NCBI GenBank assembly: GCA_047947115.1
Contig: CP170459.1
Coordinates: forward strand, 1,376,001 to 1,440,000
Length of the DNA stretch: 64,000 bases
Direction: 5' to 3'
DNA from: Verrucomicrobiota bacterium
GTDB taxonomy: Bacteria > Verrucomicrobiota > Verrucomicrobiia > Limisphaerales > AAA164-E04
This document shows positions 38,253-49,333 of the stretch, one piece after another (the stretch's first letter is position 1; each line of letters begins with the position of its first letter). Under the pieces are notes generated by a model, which searched no databases, was not told the DNA's origin, and was given only the letters and a program-made list of their open reading frames with translations. The translations under genes and the position numbers were made by a program.

Positions 38253-39587
38253 ATGAATGGCAAATTTGGATTGGAACTGGCGATTATCTGCCTGTTGATT
38301 TTGGCGAACGGCTTGTTCGCCATGGCTGAAATGGCCATTGTGTCCGCACGCAAATCGAGATTGCGTCGATGGGCTCGCGACGGTGTCAAGGGGGCTCAAA
38401 CCGCCCTGGATCTGGCGGCGTCTCCCAATCGGTTTCTTTCCACCGTGCAGTTTGGGATTACCTTGATCGGTATTCTGGCGGGAGCTTTTGGTGGTGCAAC
38501 GATTGCCACGACTGTCTCCGGATGGGTCGAGCAAAGCCCTCAGCTGGCTCCTTATGCAGACAAGATTGGATTCGGTATCGTGGTGGTGTTCATCACGCTG
38601 GCCTCACTGATTTTTGGGGAAATACTGCCCAAGCGCATGGCCCTGGCCCAGGGAGAAAAGATTGCCTCGACCCTGGCCCCCATGATGCACGGGTTATCCA
38701 TCATAGCTTCGCCGTTCGTGAGCTTTGTGGGGTGGGTGATCGAGATCACGTTGAAACTTTTGGGTGTCGAGACACATCAAGACAGCTCGGTCAGTGAGGA
38801 AGATATTCGCGTGATGGTGGAGCAGGGATCTCATGCCGGGACCTTTCACAAAGCGGAAATCGAACTGGTGGCCAGTGTCATGCGACTGGACGAAACGCGG
38901 ATCGTCGATATCATGCTGCCTTGTGCCCAGATGGTTTGTCTGGAAACAACGGATCGTGGGCAGGTTCTCAACGAAAAGATTGCCAAGGCAGGCCGCTCCT
39001 ACTTTCCACTCAAGGATGCTTCCAACGGTCAAATACTTGGTCTGATTTCCCTGCGCAATTTATGGGCTCGGTATAGCGGAACAGCACCGGAAGAAATTGA
39101 TCTTAAGGCAGTGGTCAGTACTCCGTTGATCGTGCCCGAGTCCACGCATGTGGTGAAACTTCTTGAAGCGTTCAAGCGATCGGTCTGGCATGCGGCTTTG
39201 GTGGCGGATGAGTATGGGGAGATCACCGGGATGGTGTCGATTTTGGATGTGATGGAAGCGATTGCCGGGGATTTCTCGCACCTCCAGGAAGAGACATTCA
39301 CGCGACCCAAACAACTCAAGGACGGGGCTTGGCTGGCAGACGGACTGACGGATGTGGAAGATGTCGTCCGGTGCATTTCTCCGGACCGTCCCTTGCCCGT
39401 TCCTCCGGGTAAATATCATACCATTGGAGGCATGGTGGTGACTGTTTTGGGAAGGATTCCGGAGGAGGGAGATCGCATTCCCTGGGAAGACTTCTGGATT
39501 GAAGTGGTCGACATGGATCGAAATCGAATCGATAAACTCAGAATTACCAGAGGCTCGAATGGGTCCGGTGAGGGACATGTGTCCTGA
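38253..39587 (+). CDS. Hemolysin-family CNNM/CBS/CorC protein
   Basis: NGLFAMAEMA, FLSTVQFGIT, GEILPK, VADEYG, TIGG, DMDRNRID. Confidence 0.9.
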   Translation: MNGKFGLELAIICLLILANGLFAMAEMAIVSARKSRLRRWARDGVKGAQTALDLAASPNRFLSTVQFGITLIGILAGAFGGATIATTVSGWVEQSPQLAPYADKIGFGIVVVFITLASLIFGEILPKRMALAQGEKIASTLAPMMHGLSIIASPFVSFVGWVIEITLKLLGVETHQDSSVSEEDIRVMVEQGSHAGTFHKAEIELVASVMRLDETRIVDIMLPCAQMVCLETTDRGQVLNEKIAKAGRSYFPLKDASNGQILGLISLRNLWARYSGTAPEEIDLKAVVSTPLIVPESTHVVKLLEAFKRSVWHAALVADEYGEITGMVSILDVMEAIAGDFSHLQEETFTRPKQLKDGAWLADGLTDVEDVVRCISPDRPLPVPPGKYHTIGGMVVTVLGRIPEEGDRIPWEDFWIEVVDMDRNRIDKLRITRGSNGSGEGHVS

Positions 39588-39630
39588 GGGGAAAGAGGCA
39601 ACCTCACCCAGACTTTGACCTGAGTAAACT

Positions 39631-40854
39631 ATGCCGAAATCAATCAACATCCACTGTGAATCACAGTTGAAGGAGATCCGTTCCCAAGGATTGTATCGAC
39701 AACAACGCACGGTGGAGACGGCGCAGTCGGCCTTGATCCGAATGGACGGATCGGTCGTTCACAATTTTTCGTCGAACGATTATCTCGGTCTGGCCAACGA
39801 TCCTCTGATGAAGGATTGCCTTCGAAAAGCTGTCGAATCCTACGGTGTGGGATCGGGAGCCTCGCCTCTGATTTCTGGTGCTCTGCAGCCCTTGCATGAT
39901 CTGCAACGGGACATCGCCGTGTTGAAGGGCACCGAGTCGGCGCTGGTTTTTAGCACCGGATATGCAACCGCCACCGGAACCCTTTCCGCACTTTTTGGAC
40001 GAAACGATATTCTGATACTCGACAAACTCAGTCATGCGTGTCTGGTGGACGGAGCCAAGATGAGCCAGGCTAAATTGCGCATTTGCCGTCACAACGATGT
40101 GAAAGATTTGGAAAAACTACTGCAATGGGCATCCGTAGAAATGAGCCGTCGAGCTGAAAATGAACGTGGTCACATCTGTGTTGTTTTGGAAAGTGTTTAT
40201 TCCATGGATGGAGATTTGGCTCCGCTTGAGGCCTGTGTCCGTTTGAAAGAGCTATACGGAGCCTGGTTGATGGTGGACGAAGCTCATGCCACTGGAGTGT
40301 TGGGGCAACGCGGTGAAGGATTGGTCGGTTCGTTAGGATTGAGTGAGCGTGTTGAAATTCAGATGGGGACTTTAGGTAAAGCCCTTGGTTGCTCGGGTGG
40401 ATTTATCGCCGGTTCAAAACCGTTGATCGATTTGTTGATCAACAAAGCCAGATCCCTCATTTTCTCGACGGCCCCCTCTCCGTCAATATTGGCGACGGCA
40501 AGAAGCGGGATTGAGATAGGTCGTTCCACAGAAGGGCAAACTCGACGGAAATGCCTGTTCGGTCTTGTGGATGCATTTTGGGATGAAGTTCCGCCGGCAT
40601 GGCGTGATCACATTGGGCAAGGGAGCAAGCCCGTTACGCCCATTATCCCCTGGCATGTGGGAGATGCTGTTGTTGCGGTGCGTTTATCCGACGAGTTGAA
40701 AGGTGAGGGGTATTTTGTGCCCGCCATACGCTTCCCCACCGTCTCACGGAACAGCGCTCGGCTTCGAATCACTTTAACCGCGTCTCATACGGTGGAGTCC
40801 GTTCGTCATCTGGCTCGCGTGGTGGTCAAATGCCATGGCAAATTGAAACAATGA
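39631..40854 (+). CDS. bioF: 8-amino-7-oxononanoate synthase
   Basis: SSNDYLGL, HACLVDG, SMDGD, VDEAH, TLGKA. Confidence 0.93.
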   Translation: MPKSINIHCESQLKEIRSQGLYRQQRTVETAQSALIRMDGSVVHNFSSNDYLGLANDPLMKDCLRKAVESYGVGSGASPLISGALQPLHDLQRDIAVLKGTESALVFSTGYATATGTLSALFGRNDILILDKLSHACLVDGAKMSQAKLRICRHNDVKDLEKLLQWASVEMSRRAENERGHICVVLESVYSMDGDLAPLEACVRLKELYGAWLMVDEAHATGVLGQRGEGLVGSLGLSERVEIQMGTLGKALGCSGGFIAGSKPLIDLLINKARSLIFSTAPSPSILATARSGIEIGRSTEGQTRRKCLFGLVDAFWDEVPPAWRDHIGQGSKPVTPIIPWHVGDAVVAVRLSDELKGEGYFVPAIRFPTVSRNSARLRITLTASHTVESVRHLARVVVKCHGKLKQ

Positions 40855-40866
40855 ACTAATCAAATC

Positions 40867-42297
40867 ATGCATCCAATAGCCAAAAAAGATCATCAACATA
40901 TATGGCATCCATTCACTCAGATGCAGGACTGGTGCAAAGAAGAGCCCATCGTAATCATGAGTGGGAAGGGCGCCGAGCTCGAAGATCAGCATGGTCGGCG
41001 TTATCTGGATGCCAATGCGTCCATTTGGACGAATCTGCATGGTCACGGTCATCCGCGGATCAATCGGGTGATTCGCCAGCAACTCGGAAAGATTGCGCAT
41101 TCTTCTGCTCTGGGGTTGGCCAATGAGCCGGCCTCCTTGCTGGCGGAACAACTCGTTCGCAACGCGAATCCGGCGAAGTTGTTCCGAAAGACATCGTCTT
41201 CATGGAAGCAGTCAAAGTTGAACAAAGTGTTCTACTCCGATGACGGGGCCACCGCGATGGAGGCTGCATTCAAACTTGCCTACGAACACGCGCGACGCAG
41301 CGGGCGCAGCAGGAAACCGAAGTTTCTTTCCATCGACCATGCGTATCATGGTGATACGATCGGAGCGGTGAGTGTGGGGCAGGTCGATTTGTTTCATCGT
41401 TCTTTTGCCGGTCTTTTGTTTCCAACCGACAAAGTGATGTCACCTTATTGCTATCGATGTCCCTTTAACCGGGCCAAGCCGGACCGGGCGGAAGCCAGGC
41501 TAGGCCGAAAATGCCAGTGGGAATGCATCGGTAAAATTGAGAAACGATTCGAGGCGATTGATAAGAAAAAGCAGGCCTATGCCGGTTTTGTGTTTGAGCC
41601 CGTCATTCAAGGCGTGGCGGGCATGATCGTGCAACCCAAGGGATGGCTGGAGCGAGCGGCGACCATTGCGCGGCAGGCCCGGACACCTTTGATTGCGGAT
41701 GAAGTCATGACCGGATTCGGACGGACGGGATCCCTGTTCGCCTCGCATCAGGAAAACGTGCAACCCGATTTTCTTTGCCTGGCCAAAGGGATGACCGGAG
41801 GTTATCTGCCCATGGCGGCCACGCTGACGACTCAGGTGGTTTATGATAGCTTTTTAGGCCCCTACGACTCTTATAAGAGTTTTTTTCATGGCCACAGTTA
41901 CACCGGAAATCAATTGGGTGCTGCGGCTTCGTTGGCCAGTCTTGAATTATTGAAAGCGCCCGGCGCCGCCGTATTGCGAAAGGGATTGGCGTGCGATTTC
42001 AAGGAAGCATTGGATGGTCTGTGGGAATCACCGTTTGTGGGGGACGTGCGTCATACGGGGTTGGTGGCGGGTGTCGAGCTGGTGCGCGACTGGAAGACCC
42101 GATTGCCTTGGGACTTGAAAAAACAGGTGGGAATCCGGGTCTGTCGCGAAATGGCGGATCGCGGTGTGTTGACCCGTCCGATTGGGAATCTTATTGTGCT
42201 GATGCCGCCGTATTGTTGTTCGACCCGGCAGGTTCGAAAAATGGTGGATGTCCTGAAGCAGTCCATCGATGCTGTTCTGGGCAAGCAACGGATTTGA
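40867..42297 (+). CDS. bioA: Adenosylmethionine-8-amino-7-oxononanoate transaminase
   Basis: IWHPFTQM, YHGDT, IADEVMTGFGRTG, AKGMTGGYLP, HGHSYTGN. Confidence 0.95.
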   Translation: MHPIAKKDHQHIWHPFTQMQDWCKEEPIVIMSGKGAELEDQHGRRYLDANASIWTNLHGHGHPRINRVIRQQLGKIAHSSALGLANEPASLLAEQLVRNANPAKLFRKTSSSWKQSKLNKVFYSDDGATAMEAAFKLAYEHARRSGRSRKPKFLSIDHAYHGDTIGAVSVGQVDLFHRSFAGLLFPTDKVMSPYCYRCPFNRAKPDRAEARLGRKCQWECIGKIEKRFEAIDKKKQAYAGFVFEPVIQGVAGMIVQPKGWLERAATIARQARTPLIADEVMTGFGRTGSLFASHQENVQPDFLCLAKGMTGGYLPMAATLTTQVVYDSFLGPYDSYKSFFHGHSYTGNQLGAAASLASLELLKAPGAAVLRKGLACDFKEALDGLWESPFVGDVRHTGLVAGVELVRDWKTRLPWDLKKQVGIRVCREMADRGVLTRPIGNLIVLMPPYCCSTRQVRKMVDVLKQSIDAVLGKQRI

Positions 42298-42304
42298 CAA
42301 AGAA

Positions 42305-42334
42305 AAAAGGCACAGGCGTTTGCCTGTGCCTTTT
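42305..42334. terminator. Bidirectional intrinsic terminator
   Basis: AAAAGGCACAGGC-GTTT-GCCTGTGCCTTTT between convergent genes. Confidence 0.8.
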
Positions 42335-42367
42335 GGAAGGTCTTATGGTTGCCCGGATTTCAAGAAT

Positions 42368-44776
42368 CTATTCCTTTTCGGATTCAGCGGATTCTTCGTC
42401 ATCTTCTGATGATTTGCCCAGCCCCGCTTTTTGCATGGGGTTTTTATCTTCCTTGTCCTCGGATAACTTGAAGTGAGATTTTCCGATTTCTGGAGGGTAA
42501 ACGTTGTTTGATGTGTCACTGTCGGCTGTTTGAAGATGTGGATCGAGTCGCAGTGCACGAACGGGCTCGCGGGTGATCAGCAATTTGGTGACCTTGTCAC
42601 TGTACTGGCGCCATATTTCGGCCGGGTAGGTGTGTGTTTCCTTGCTCCCGTTGAAATATTCGATTTCGAGAATGATAGGCATGACCAAGCCTCCGACATT
42701 TTCAAAATCAACCGTGTAGAAATGCCGTTCCAGTTTCAGAAGATCACGGTCTTCGGACGCAAGCTCGGCCAGTTTTTCTTCGCTCTCTTTCTTTTCATCT
42801 TCCAACACATCGAGGGGATCGTAGTCGTTGTAGAAGTCAATCAGTTCAGGAAAGCGATCCACGAGGCGTTTCAGGTTCCTGTTTCGGATTTCTGAAATGG
42901 TCGTGGGGTCTTCATCTCGTTCCTGTTTGCGCCGGTCGTTGTCCACGATGGGATCGAGCGTGTCCAAGCGGTATTCTGTGACCCCTGTGATGGCCAGATC
43001 AACATGATCGGTGGAATAAAACCAACCACGCCAGAACCAATCCAAATCAATGCCGGAAGCATCTTCAATGGTGCGGAAAAGATCCGCCGGCTGCGGGCGC
43101 TTGAACATCCAGCGCTGGGAATAGGTGCGGAAGGCAAAATCAAATAATTCACGTCCAAGAATGGTTTCGCGCAGGATGTTCAGCGCCGTGGCAGGTTTGC
43201 CGTAGGCGTTGTTGCCGAATTGCAGGATGGATTCGGAGTTACTCATGATCGGCACTTGCGAACTTGAAATCATGTAAGAAACCATGTCTTTGGGTTCTCC
43301 GCGGTTGGATGGATAGTCCTCTTCCCACTCCTGTTCCGCGAGGTACTGAAGGAAGGTGTTCAATCCTTCATCCATCCAGGTCCATTGCCGTTCGTCGTTG
43401 TTGACGATCATGGGGAAGTAATTGTGTCCCACTTCATGAATGACCACGGAAATCAATCCGTATTTGGAATGCATCCACTGTTCACGGCTTTTAGGGACGC
43501 CCCAGTAGGTGCCGTCGGGCAATGGTCTTGGCGCGTTGAAACAAATCATGGGGTATTCCATGCCTCCGACAGGGCCATTGACGGAAATCGCAACCGGGTA
43601 AGGGTAATCGAAGGAGAACTTTGAATAGACATCCATGGTGTGGGCCACTGCATGGGTGGAGTATTTGCTCCACAATGGTTCGGCTTCGTTGGGGTAAAAA
43701 GACATCGCCAGGACATTGTTTTTTCCGGACTGGTGTGCCATGGCGTCCCAGATGAATTTACGTGAACTGGCAAATGCGAAATCGCGTACGTTGATTGCTT
43801 TGAAAACCCAGGTTTTTTTCCCGGTGGGTGACGTCGATTCATTGGCTTTTGCTTCTTCCGGTGTGATGACGAACAGCGGTTTTTCAGATGTGCGAGCCTT
43901 TTGCAAACGTGTTTGTTGCTCGGTGGTGAGGACTTCATCCGCATTTTGGAGTTCGCCTGTCGCTGCGACCACATGATCGTCAGGGACGGTGATGGCCACC
44001 TGATAATCACCGAACTCCAGAGTAAATTCTCCGCTGCCCAGAAACTGCTTGTGGTGCCAGCCGCGATCATCGGTGTAAGAGGCCATGCGCGGGAACCATT
44101 GGGCCATTTCATAGATGAAATTTCCGTCTTCCGGAAAGAACTCATAACCGCTTCGTGCACGAATCAGCTTTGCGTCGACGATGTTGTAGGACCAGTCGAT
44201 GGAGAATCGGAATGATTTTCCCGGGTTCAGGGCAAATGGGAGATCCACCCGCATCATGGTCTTGACGATCTGGTGTTCCAAATCGGCTCCGGCGGAATCG
44301 CGCACCGCGTGAATCCTTGCTTTACCATCGAATTGTTCCCTTTCCAGAATGGAACGAAGGGAACGGAATTTGAGGTTGGACATATCGGGTGCCAGTTCGG
44401 TGATGTGGCCTTCGGAATCTTTGGCGAACAGGTTTGGATCGATCTGGATCCACAAATATTCCAGGGCATCCGGACTGTTGTTGGTGTAGTGAATGGTTTC
44501 AGATCCGATGATGCGCTGTTGTTCATCGTTCAATTCCACATCGATTTCGTAATCGGCCCTTTGTTGCCAATAAGCATCTCCCGGGGCTCCGGAAGCGGTG
44601 CGGTAGTGGTTGGGGGTGGGAAGGATTTCTTCCAGTTGCCGAAATTTAGGCTCGGCGAACTCCGCGGCAATGGTCTGATGGCAGAGGGGTAATTGAAACG
44701 CACACAACCATGCGACGCCTGTCAGCATGGCAACTGTTGCAAGAGATCTGAACGGATTCACTGGTGGCTTAAACAT
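42368..44776 (-). CDS. M1-family metallopeptidase, secreted
   Basis: GGMEYP, HEVGH, WMDEG. Confidence 0.92.
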   Translation of the reverse strand: MFKPPVNPFRSLATVAMLTGVAWLCAFQLPLCHQTIAAEFAEPKFRQLEEILPTPNHYRTASGAPGDAYWQQRADYEIDVELNDEQQRIIGSETIHYTNNSPDALEYLWIQIDPNLFAKDSEGHITELAPDMSNLKFRSLRSILEREQFDGKARIHAVRDSAGADLEHQIVKTMMRVDLPFALNPGKSFRFSIDWSYNIVDAKLIRARSGYEFFPEDGNFIYEMAQWFPRMASYTDDRGWHHKQFLGSGEFTLEFGDYQVAITVPDDHVVAATGELQNADEVLTTEQQTRLQKARTSEKPLFVITPEEAKANESTSPTGKKTWVFKAINVRDFAFASSRKFIWDAMAHQSGKNNVLAMSFYPNEAEPLWSKYSTHAVAHTMDVYSKFSFDYPYPVAISVNGPVGGMEYPMICFNAPRPLPDGTYWGVPKSREQWMHSKYGLISVVIHEVGHNYFPMIVNNDERQWTWMDEGLNTFLQYLAEQEWEEDYPSNRGEPKDMVSYMISSSQVPIMSNSESILQFGNNAYGKPATALNILRETILGRELFDFAFRTYSQRWMFKRPQPADLFRTIEDASGIDLDWFWRGWFYSTDHVDLAITGVTEYRLDTLDPIVDNDRRKQERDEDPTTISEIRNRNLKRLVDRFPELIDFYNDYDPLDVLEDEKKESEEKLAELASEDRDLLKLERHFYTVDFENVGGLVMPIILEIEYFNGSKETHTYPAEIWRQYSDKVTKLLITREPVRALRLDPHLQTADSDTSNNVYPPEIGKSHFKLSEDKEDKNPMQKAGLGKSSEDDEESAESEKE

Positions 44777-44937
44777 GCGCGGAGGTTAGCATGCTTTTTG
44801 GATGAGGCAATCCTCTTCACAAGCTTTGGTTTGCCTGACACGAGAAAGCATTTTGTCCGATGTGCCGACATCCGGTCTAACCGGCTGAATTTCCGGTTCA
44901 TATTGACAACGCACATTGGGTACTTCCAATTTACAGA

Positions 44938-45168
44938 GAATGCCGGCGCCGGTTCGATATCGTCTGCCCCGATTTGCACTACTTCCTGCACGGCTTCAAC
45001 CAATAATCCAACGAATTTTTCTTCACCGTTGGATTTCCGGATTTGAACCATGATGATGCAGGTGTGTTCATCCTGTTCGATGGGTGCCATCCCAAAGCGC
45101 AGACTCAGGTCAATCACGGGTATGATCTTTCCTCGAAAGTGGATGATACCTTTGATGAAATGCGGAGC
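44938..45168 (-). pseudogene. cheW: CheW internal fragment
   Basis: PHFIKGIIHFRGKIIPVIDLSLRFG...GLLVEAVQEV...IEPAP; both termini missing. Confidence 0.8.
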
Positions 45169-45383
45169 TTTAGGAATTGGATGCCATCCATACTCGGCAT
45201 TTCAATATCGAGCGTGATCACATCCGGATCGTGATGAATGATAAGATCCTTTGCCTCGTACGGATCTTTTGCTTCCCCGACAATTTCAAATGCGGGTTCA
45301 CTGGTCAAAATCCGTACAATGGCTTTTCGGACCATGGCTGAATCGTCTACGACCCATACGCGAGTCTTTTTAGAGGGGTTCAT
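45169..45383 (-). pseudogene. cheB: CheB receiver-domain N-terminal fragment
   Basis: VVDDSAMVR, AKDPYEA, PDVITLDIEMPSMDG; methylesterase domain absent. Confidence 0.8.
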
Positions 45384-45420
45384 CAGTAAGTATGTTTTTG
45401 AATTTTGAATTGATTTCACT

Positions 45421-46233
45421 TTAAGTATCGATGATGGCTTCCTCGATGTTCGTTTCGGATAAGGCCATGACTGAAAGGCTTTCGGGCGACAGTTCGTCAG
45501 AAAGTGACTGAAAACCAAATGAAAGTCCGATGGAATGGGCGCACCAGTTTGCGATATGGATGAGGTGAGACAAAGGATTTCCCAGGGTGGGGTCGTGATG
45601 CTCGCCGATGGCGGCCGCAAAAAAAGGCGGGAATTTCCAGTTGGTCAGGATGAGTGCTCCAACCTCGCTGTGGTCTGTTCCTATCAGGGAGCGTTCTCTT
45701 TCGATGTTCGATTGGGTGGCTTCGGGGGCATCATCTTTGAGTGCTGCCTCTTGTTCCGCCAGGACCTCGTTGATGGCAATCTTTCCAATATCATGCAGAA
45801 GACCCGCCGTAAAAGCCGTGTCCGGGGTAAAGGGTAGAATGGAACAGTATTTGGTCAATTCTCTGGCAGCTGCCGCGGCGCAAATGGAGTGCTTGCGCAG
45901 ACCCGATGGAGGAATCCCATACTTTGCCAATCCCCTGTTCATGCTCGCTCCAATGGTTATCTCCAACACAATGTTCATGATAGTGCTGGTTCCGAGCAGT
46001 TGGATCGCCTGGTTGAGCGAAGAGACTCCACCGCGCTGCGCAAAAAAAGCTGTGTTGCATCTTTTTAAGACCGCCGCGGTCAAGGCCGGATCTGTCTGCA
46101 GGATGTGGATGACATCTTCTGTGTGAAATTCCTGGGCAAGGATCTCGATCAGCTTGGTGACCGCAACCGGCGGAGGTTGTATTTGGTCGATGCTTTCGAT
46201 GATGCGTGGATCCATATTGGCTAGATTGCTCAT
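45421..46233 (-). CDS. HDOD-domain protein
   Basis: DPALTAAVLKRCN, AGLLHDIGK, DHSEVG, HHDP. Confidence 0.85.
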   Translation of the reverse strand: MSNLANMDPRIIESIDQIQPPPVAVTKLIEILAQEFHTEDVIHILQTDPALTAAVLKRCNTAFFAQRGGVSSLNQAIQLLGTSTIMNIVLEITIGASMNRGLAKYGIPPSGLRKHSICAAAAARELTKYCSILPFTPDTAFTAGLLHDIGKIAINEVLAEQEAALKDDAPEATQSNIERERSLIGTDHSEVGALILTNWKFPPFFAAAIGEHHDPTLGNPLSHLIHIANWCAHSIGLSFGFQSLSDELSPESLSVMALSETNIEEAIIDT

Positions 46234-46235
46234 GG

Positions 46236-46463
46236 TCAAGGGGGGCTTTTCTTGCTTTTGGATGGCTGGATGGATGATTCCGGGAGCAGTATGTGAAGCA
46301 ATCCTCCAACCTGACGGTCCCGGTCCCAGGCTGCCACACCGATACATGACCCGAGAGAGTATGTTTTCAGGTACGCAACGGGGTCACCACTGACTTGCAT
46401 GTCAGAAATCCCTACAACCAATACCGAGTTGGTAGACCCTATTCTGATGACTTCCATGATCAA
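46236..46463 (-). pseudogene. cheD: CheD N-terminal half
   Basis: VGISDM, TYSLGSCIGV, GGLLHILLP, stops at 75 aa. Confidence 0.82.
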
Positions 46464-46464
46464 T

Positions 46465-46683
46465 TTAATATGTCACAACTTGCTTTTGATAGATGCTGGA
46501 CCCATGCGGGATCATCCCGTGTTGAATGCTACTGAGGCTTTCAGAACATCCTGCAATGAGATACCCGTCTGGAGTCAATTTCCTTTCCAGTTTGGCTACC
46601 AGTTCCTGTTGGGTATCTTTGTCAAAATAAATCATCACATTCCGACAAAAAATCACATCGAAAGATGAGTTGCTGATTTTCAA
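46465..46683 (-). pseudogene. cheR: CheR C-terminal fragment
   Basis: FDVIFCRNVMIYFD...GYLIAGCSESL. Confidence 0.85.
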
Positions 46684-46858
46684 AATCGTCCCAATTCTTT
46701 CATTATCATATCGGCATTCGAATTCCGGTGCTTAAATGGATTCTAGTTTCGCTTCCGATTGCCGATGAATAGAAATGTCATGGGCTGCATGTGTCGGTCT
46801 GTTGATTCGGGTTGAAACTTTCAAGAACTGTCATGGAACCGGAAATCATATTGTCCTT

Positions 46859-47563
46859 GGACTTGAGCGCATCCTGAAGAAAGCCATAGAGAAGGGCGTA
46901 GTATCACCCAATGCCCAGTTATCTGACAGCGAGGTGTACAATCTCATTTTTGAGCCCGGATTTTCAACGGCTGCCCAAGTTACGGACATCTCCGGTCGAG
47001 GAGTGGGGATGGATGTGGTCCGTCGCAATATTCATGAGATGCGGGGCAAGATACGCATCAGTTCTGTTGAGGGACATGGATCGACCTTTACCATATTCCT
47101 GCCTTTGACACTTGCCATCATTGAAGGGTTGATCATTAAGGTGGGCTCACAAAGATTCGTGGTACCTGTCAGCAGCGTGCGTGAATCTTTCCGGATCACG
47201 TCCGATATGCTGACCTCCACTCTCGGAAAGGGTGAGGTCCTGAATGTGCGCAATCAACTCATTCCTCTCCTGCGGCTGAGTCATTACCTGACCATCGATG
47301 ACGCAACTGAAGACGTCAACAATGGCATTGTCATCCATCTTGAATCCGAGCATCAAAGCCGGTGCCTTTTGGTGGATGCTTTGGTTGGTAAACAAGAGGT
47401 CGTGATCAAGAATCTGGGCGACGTTTATGACAATGATCCAGCGATTGCCGGTGGAACGATTCTGGGAGACGGACAGGTTGTCCTCATCCTGGATCCATCC
47501 GCATTGGTCAAGCTGTCAAGCAAGCCCATGGAACCATCCGGCATGGCGGATTCCCTGTTTTAA
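46859..47563 (+). pseudogene. cheA: CheA C-terminal fragment (end of ATPase domain + CheW-like domain)
   Basis: IFEPGFST, SGRGVGMDVV, LPLTLAI, TILGDG; Hpt and dimerisation domains missing. Confidence 0.88.
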
Positions 47564-47641
47564 CTTTCAACCGATTCCCAACAGAATCCGGAGCGTCTCG
47601 ATCTTTGTGTTAAGATTGAGGCGTTCTCTTTTTGAGAAAAG

Positions 47642-49150
47642 TCAAGGTTGAGCAGATTGTTCTACAGCCCAGGCAGGCAGGGAGTTCATCTGAATGTCGA
47701 ATACATACGGGCCAATGATCCATAGCACAGCCACGACAATCGGCACCAAAAGTAGATTCAACAACAATCCCGCCTTTGCCATTTGGGGTAAAGTGATCAG
47801 CCCGCTTCCGAAAACGATTGCGTTGGGCGGGGTGCCGACAGGCATCATATAGGAGCAATTGGCTGCCAGAGCGGTTGGAACCAGAAACAACAACGGGTTT
47901 TGTTCCAGACTGATCGCCACGGCGGCAATAATGGGGATGAAGGTTGCTGCAGTGCCCGTGTTGCTGGTCAATTCGGTGAGCATCAGGATCCCAAAACAAA
48001 TCAACGCCACAATCAGAATGACCGGTAATCCGCCAAGACCTGTGGTCAGGTTTCCAAGATACTCCGAAAGCTGATGTTCACTGATCATGCCTGCCAGGCT
48101 GAGTCCGCCGCCGAACAGCAGGAGCACCCCCCATGGCAAATCTTTGGTGGCTTCCCAATTCAGGGCAAAAACCCCTTTGCGAGGTTCGATCGGGATGCAG
48201 AACAATGCCAGCGCTCCGCCAATGGCAATCGTGGTGTCAGAAATCATGGGAATACTGGTGGCGATCCAGGGCCGGAAAATCCAGCACAACGCCGTGGAGA
48301 CAAACACTCCTGCCACAACTTTTTCCCCGGTGCCAAAGGGGCCCAGTTGCTGTTTTTCATGTTCAAGCAACGCTTTCATCCCCGGGATTTCCTGATTGGA
48401 CAAGCGAAATGAGATCCGAGTCAGCACGAAATAAACCACGGGCAAGGCCAGGAACGTAACCGGTAGTCCGATCAACATCCATTGACCGAAACCGATGTCC
48501 ACGTCGTAGATTTTTCCCATATAGCCGGCAAGCAAAGCATTTGGTGGCGTGCCAATCAAGGTGGCCATGCCCCCGGTGGTTGCCCCGTAAGCCACTGCCA
48601 GCATGAGGGCGGGACCGAGGTTTTGGTGCGAACTACGCTCGCCGGTGGCCACCAATGCCACCACGGAAGCGGCAATGGGCAACATCATCATGGCGGTGGC
48701 GGTGTTGCTCACCCACATGCTCGTCAGTGCGCCCGTCAGCAAAAAGCCGGCAATGACGCGAGTCGGGCGCGTGCCCAGTGCCCGGATTAAATTGATTGCC
48801 AGCCGTTTGTGCAAATTCCAGCGCTGCATGGCCAGGGCGATCAGAAAACCTCCTAGAAATAGAAATACCAATGGATTGGCATATGGAGCTGCCACTTCTT
48901 TGATGCTACCCAGTCCCAGAAGAGGAAACAGAACCAGAGGCAGCAGGGCGGTGGCGGCGATGGGGATGGGTTCGGTGATCCACCATGTTGCCATCAACAG
49001 AGCTGCTCCCAGAGTTTTCCACCCACCCTCACTCAAACCCTCCGGTGCCTCAAAAAGGAAAGTCAACGCCAATGCCAAAGGACCGAGCAGCCAACCACTC
49101 CTTTGGCGCCATCCGTATTCAGAAGGATTGTGGTGATTGTTTGATTGCAT
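47642..49150 (-). CDS. SLC13/DASS sodium-coupled anion symporter
   Basis: SMWVSNTAT, GTPPNA twice, TELTSNT. Confidence 0.92.
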   Translation of the reverse strand: MQSNNHHNPSEYGWRQRSGWLLGPLALALTFLFEAPEGLSEGGWKTLGAALLMATWWITEPIPIAATALLPLVLFPLLGLGSIKEVAAPYANPLVFLFLGGFLIALAMQRWNLHKRLAINLIRALGTRPTRVIAGFLLTGALTSMWVSNTATAMMMLPIAASVVALVATGERSSHQNLGPALMLAVAYGATTGGMATLIGTPPNALLAGYMGKIYDVDIGFGQWMLIGLPVTFLALPVVYFVLTRISFRLSNQEIPGMKALLEHEKQQLGPFGTGEKVVAGVFVSTALCWIFRPWIATSIPMISDTTIAIGGALALFCIPIEPRKGVFALNWEATKDLPWGVLLLFGGGLSLAGMISEHQLSEYLGNLTTGLGGLPVILIVALICFGILMLTELTSNTGTAATFIPIIAAVAISLEQNPLLFLVPTALAANCSYMMPVGTPPNAIVFGSGLITLPQMAKAGLLLNLLLVPIVVAVLWIIGPYVFDIQMNSLPAWAVEQSAQP

Positions 49151-49333
49151 GTCAGAAGTGCGCCATTGGTTTTGACTGTATCCGAGGACAGACTATCACC
49201 CGGGCATCGGCAGGAAAGCAGTTTTTAGGTCGGACATGGATCATGGTAAATGACCGATACTTTTCCGAACTACCTTAATCATCTTGACCTGCGAGCACCT
49301 TACACACTATGTTCCACCGATTCAGGCACATTC

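Noticed and set aside
46775..47563. Intact 262-aa CheA-like gene
   Set aside because: CheA similarity begins only near 46859, inside the ATPase domain; the first ~28 codons are unrelated
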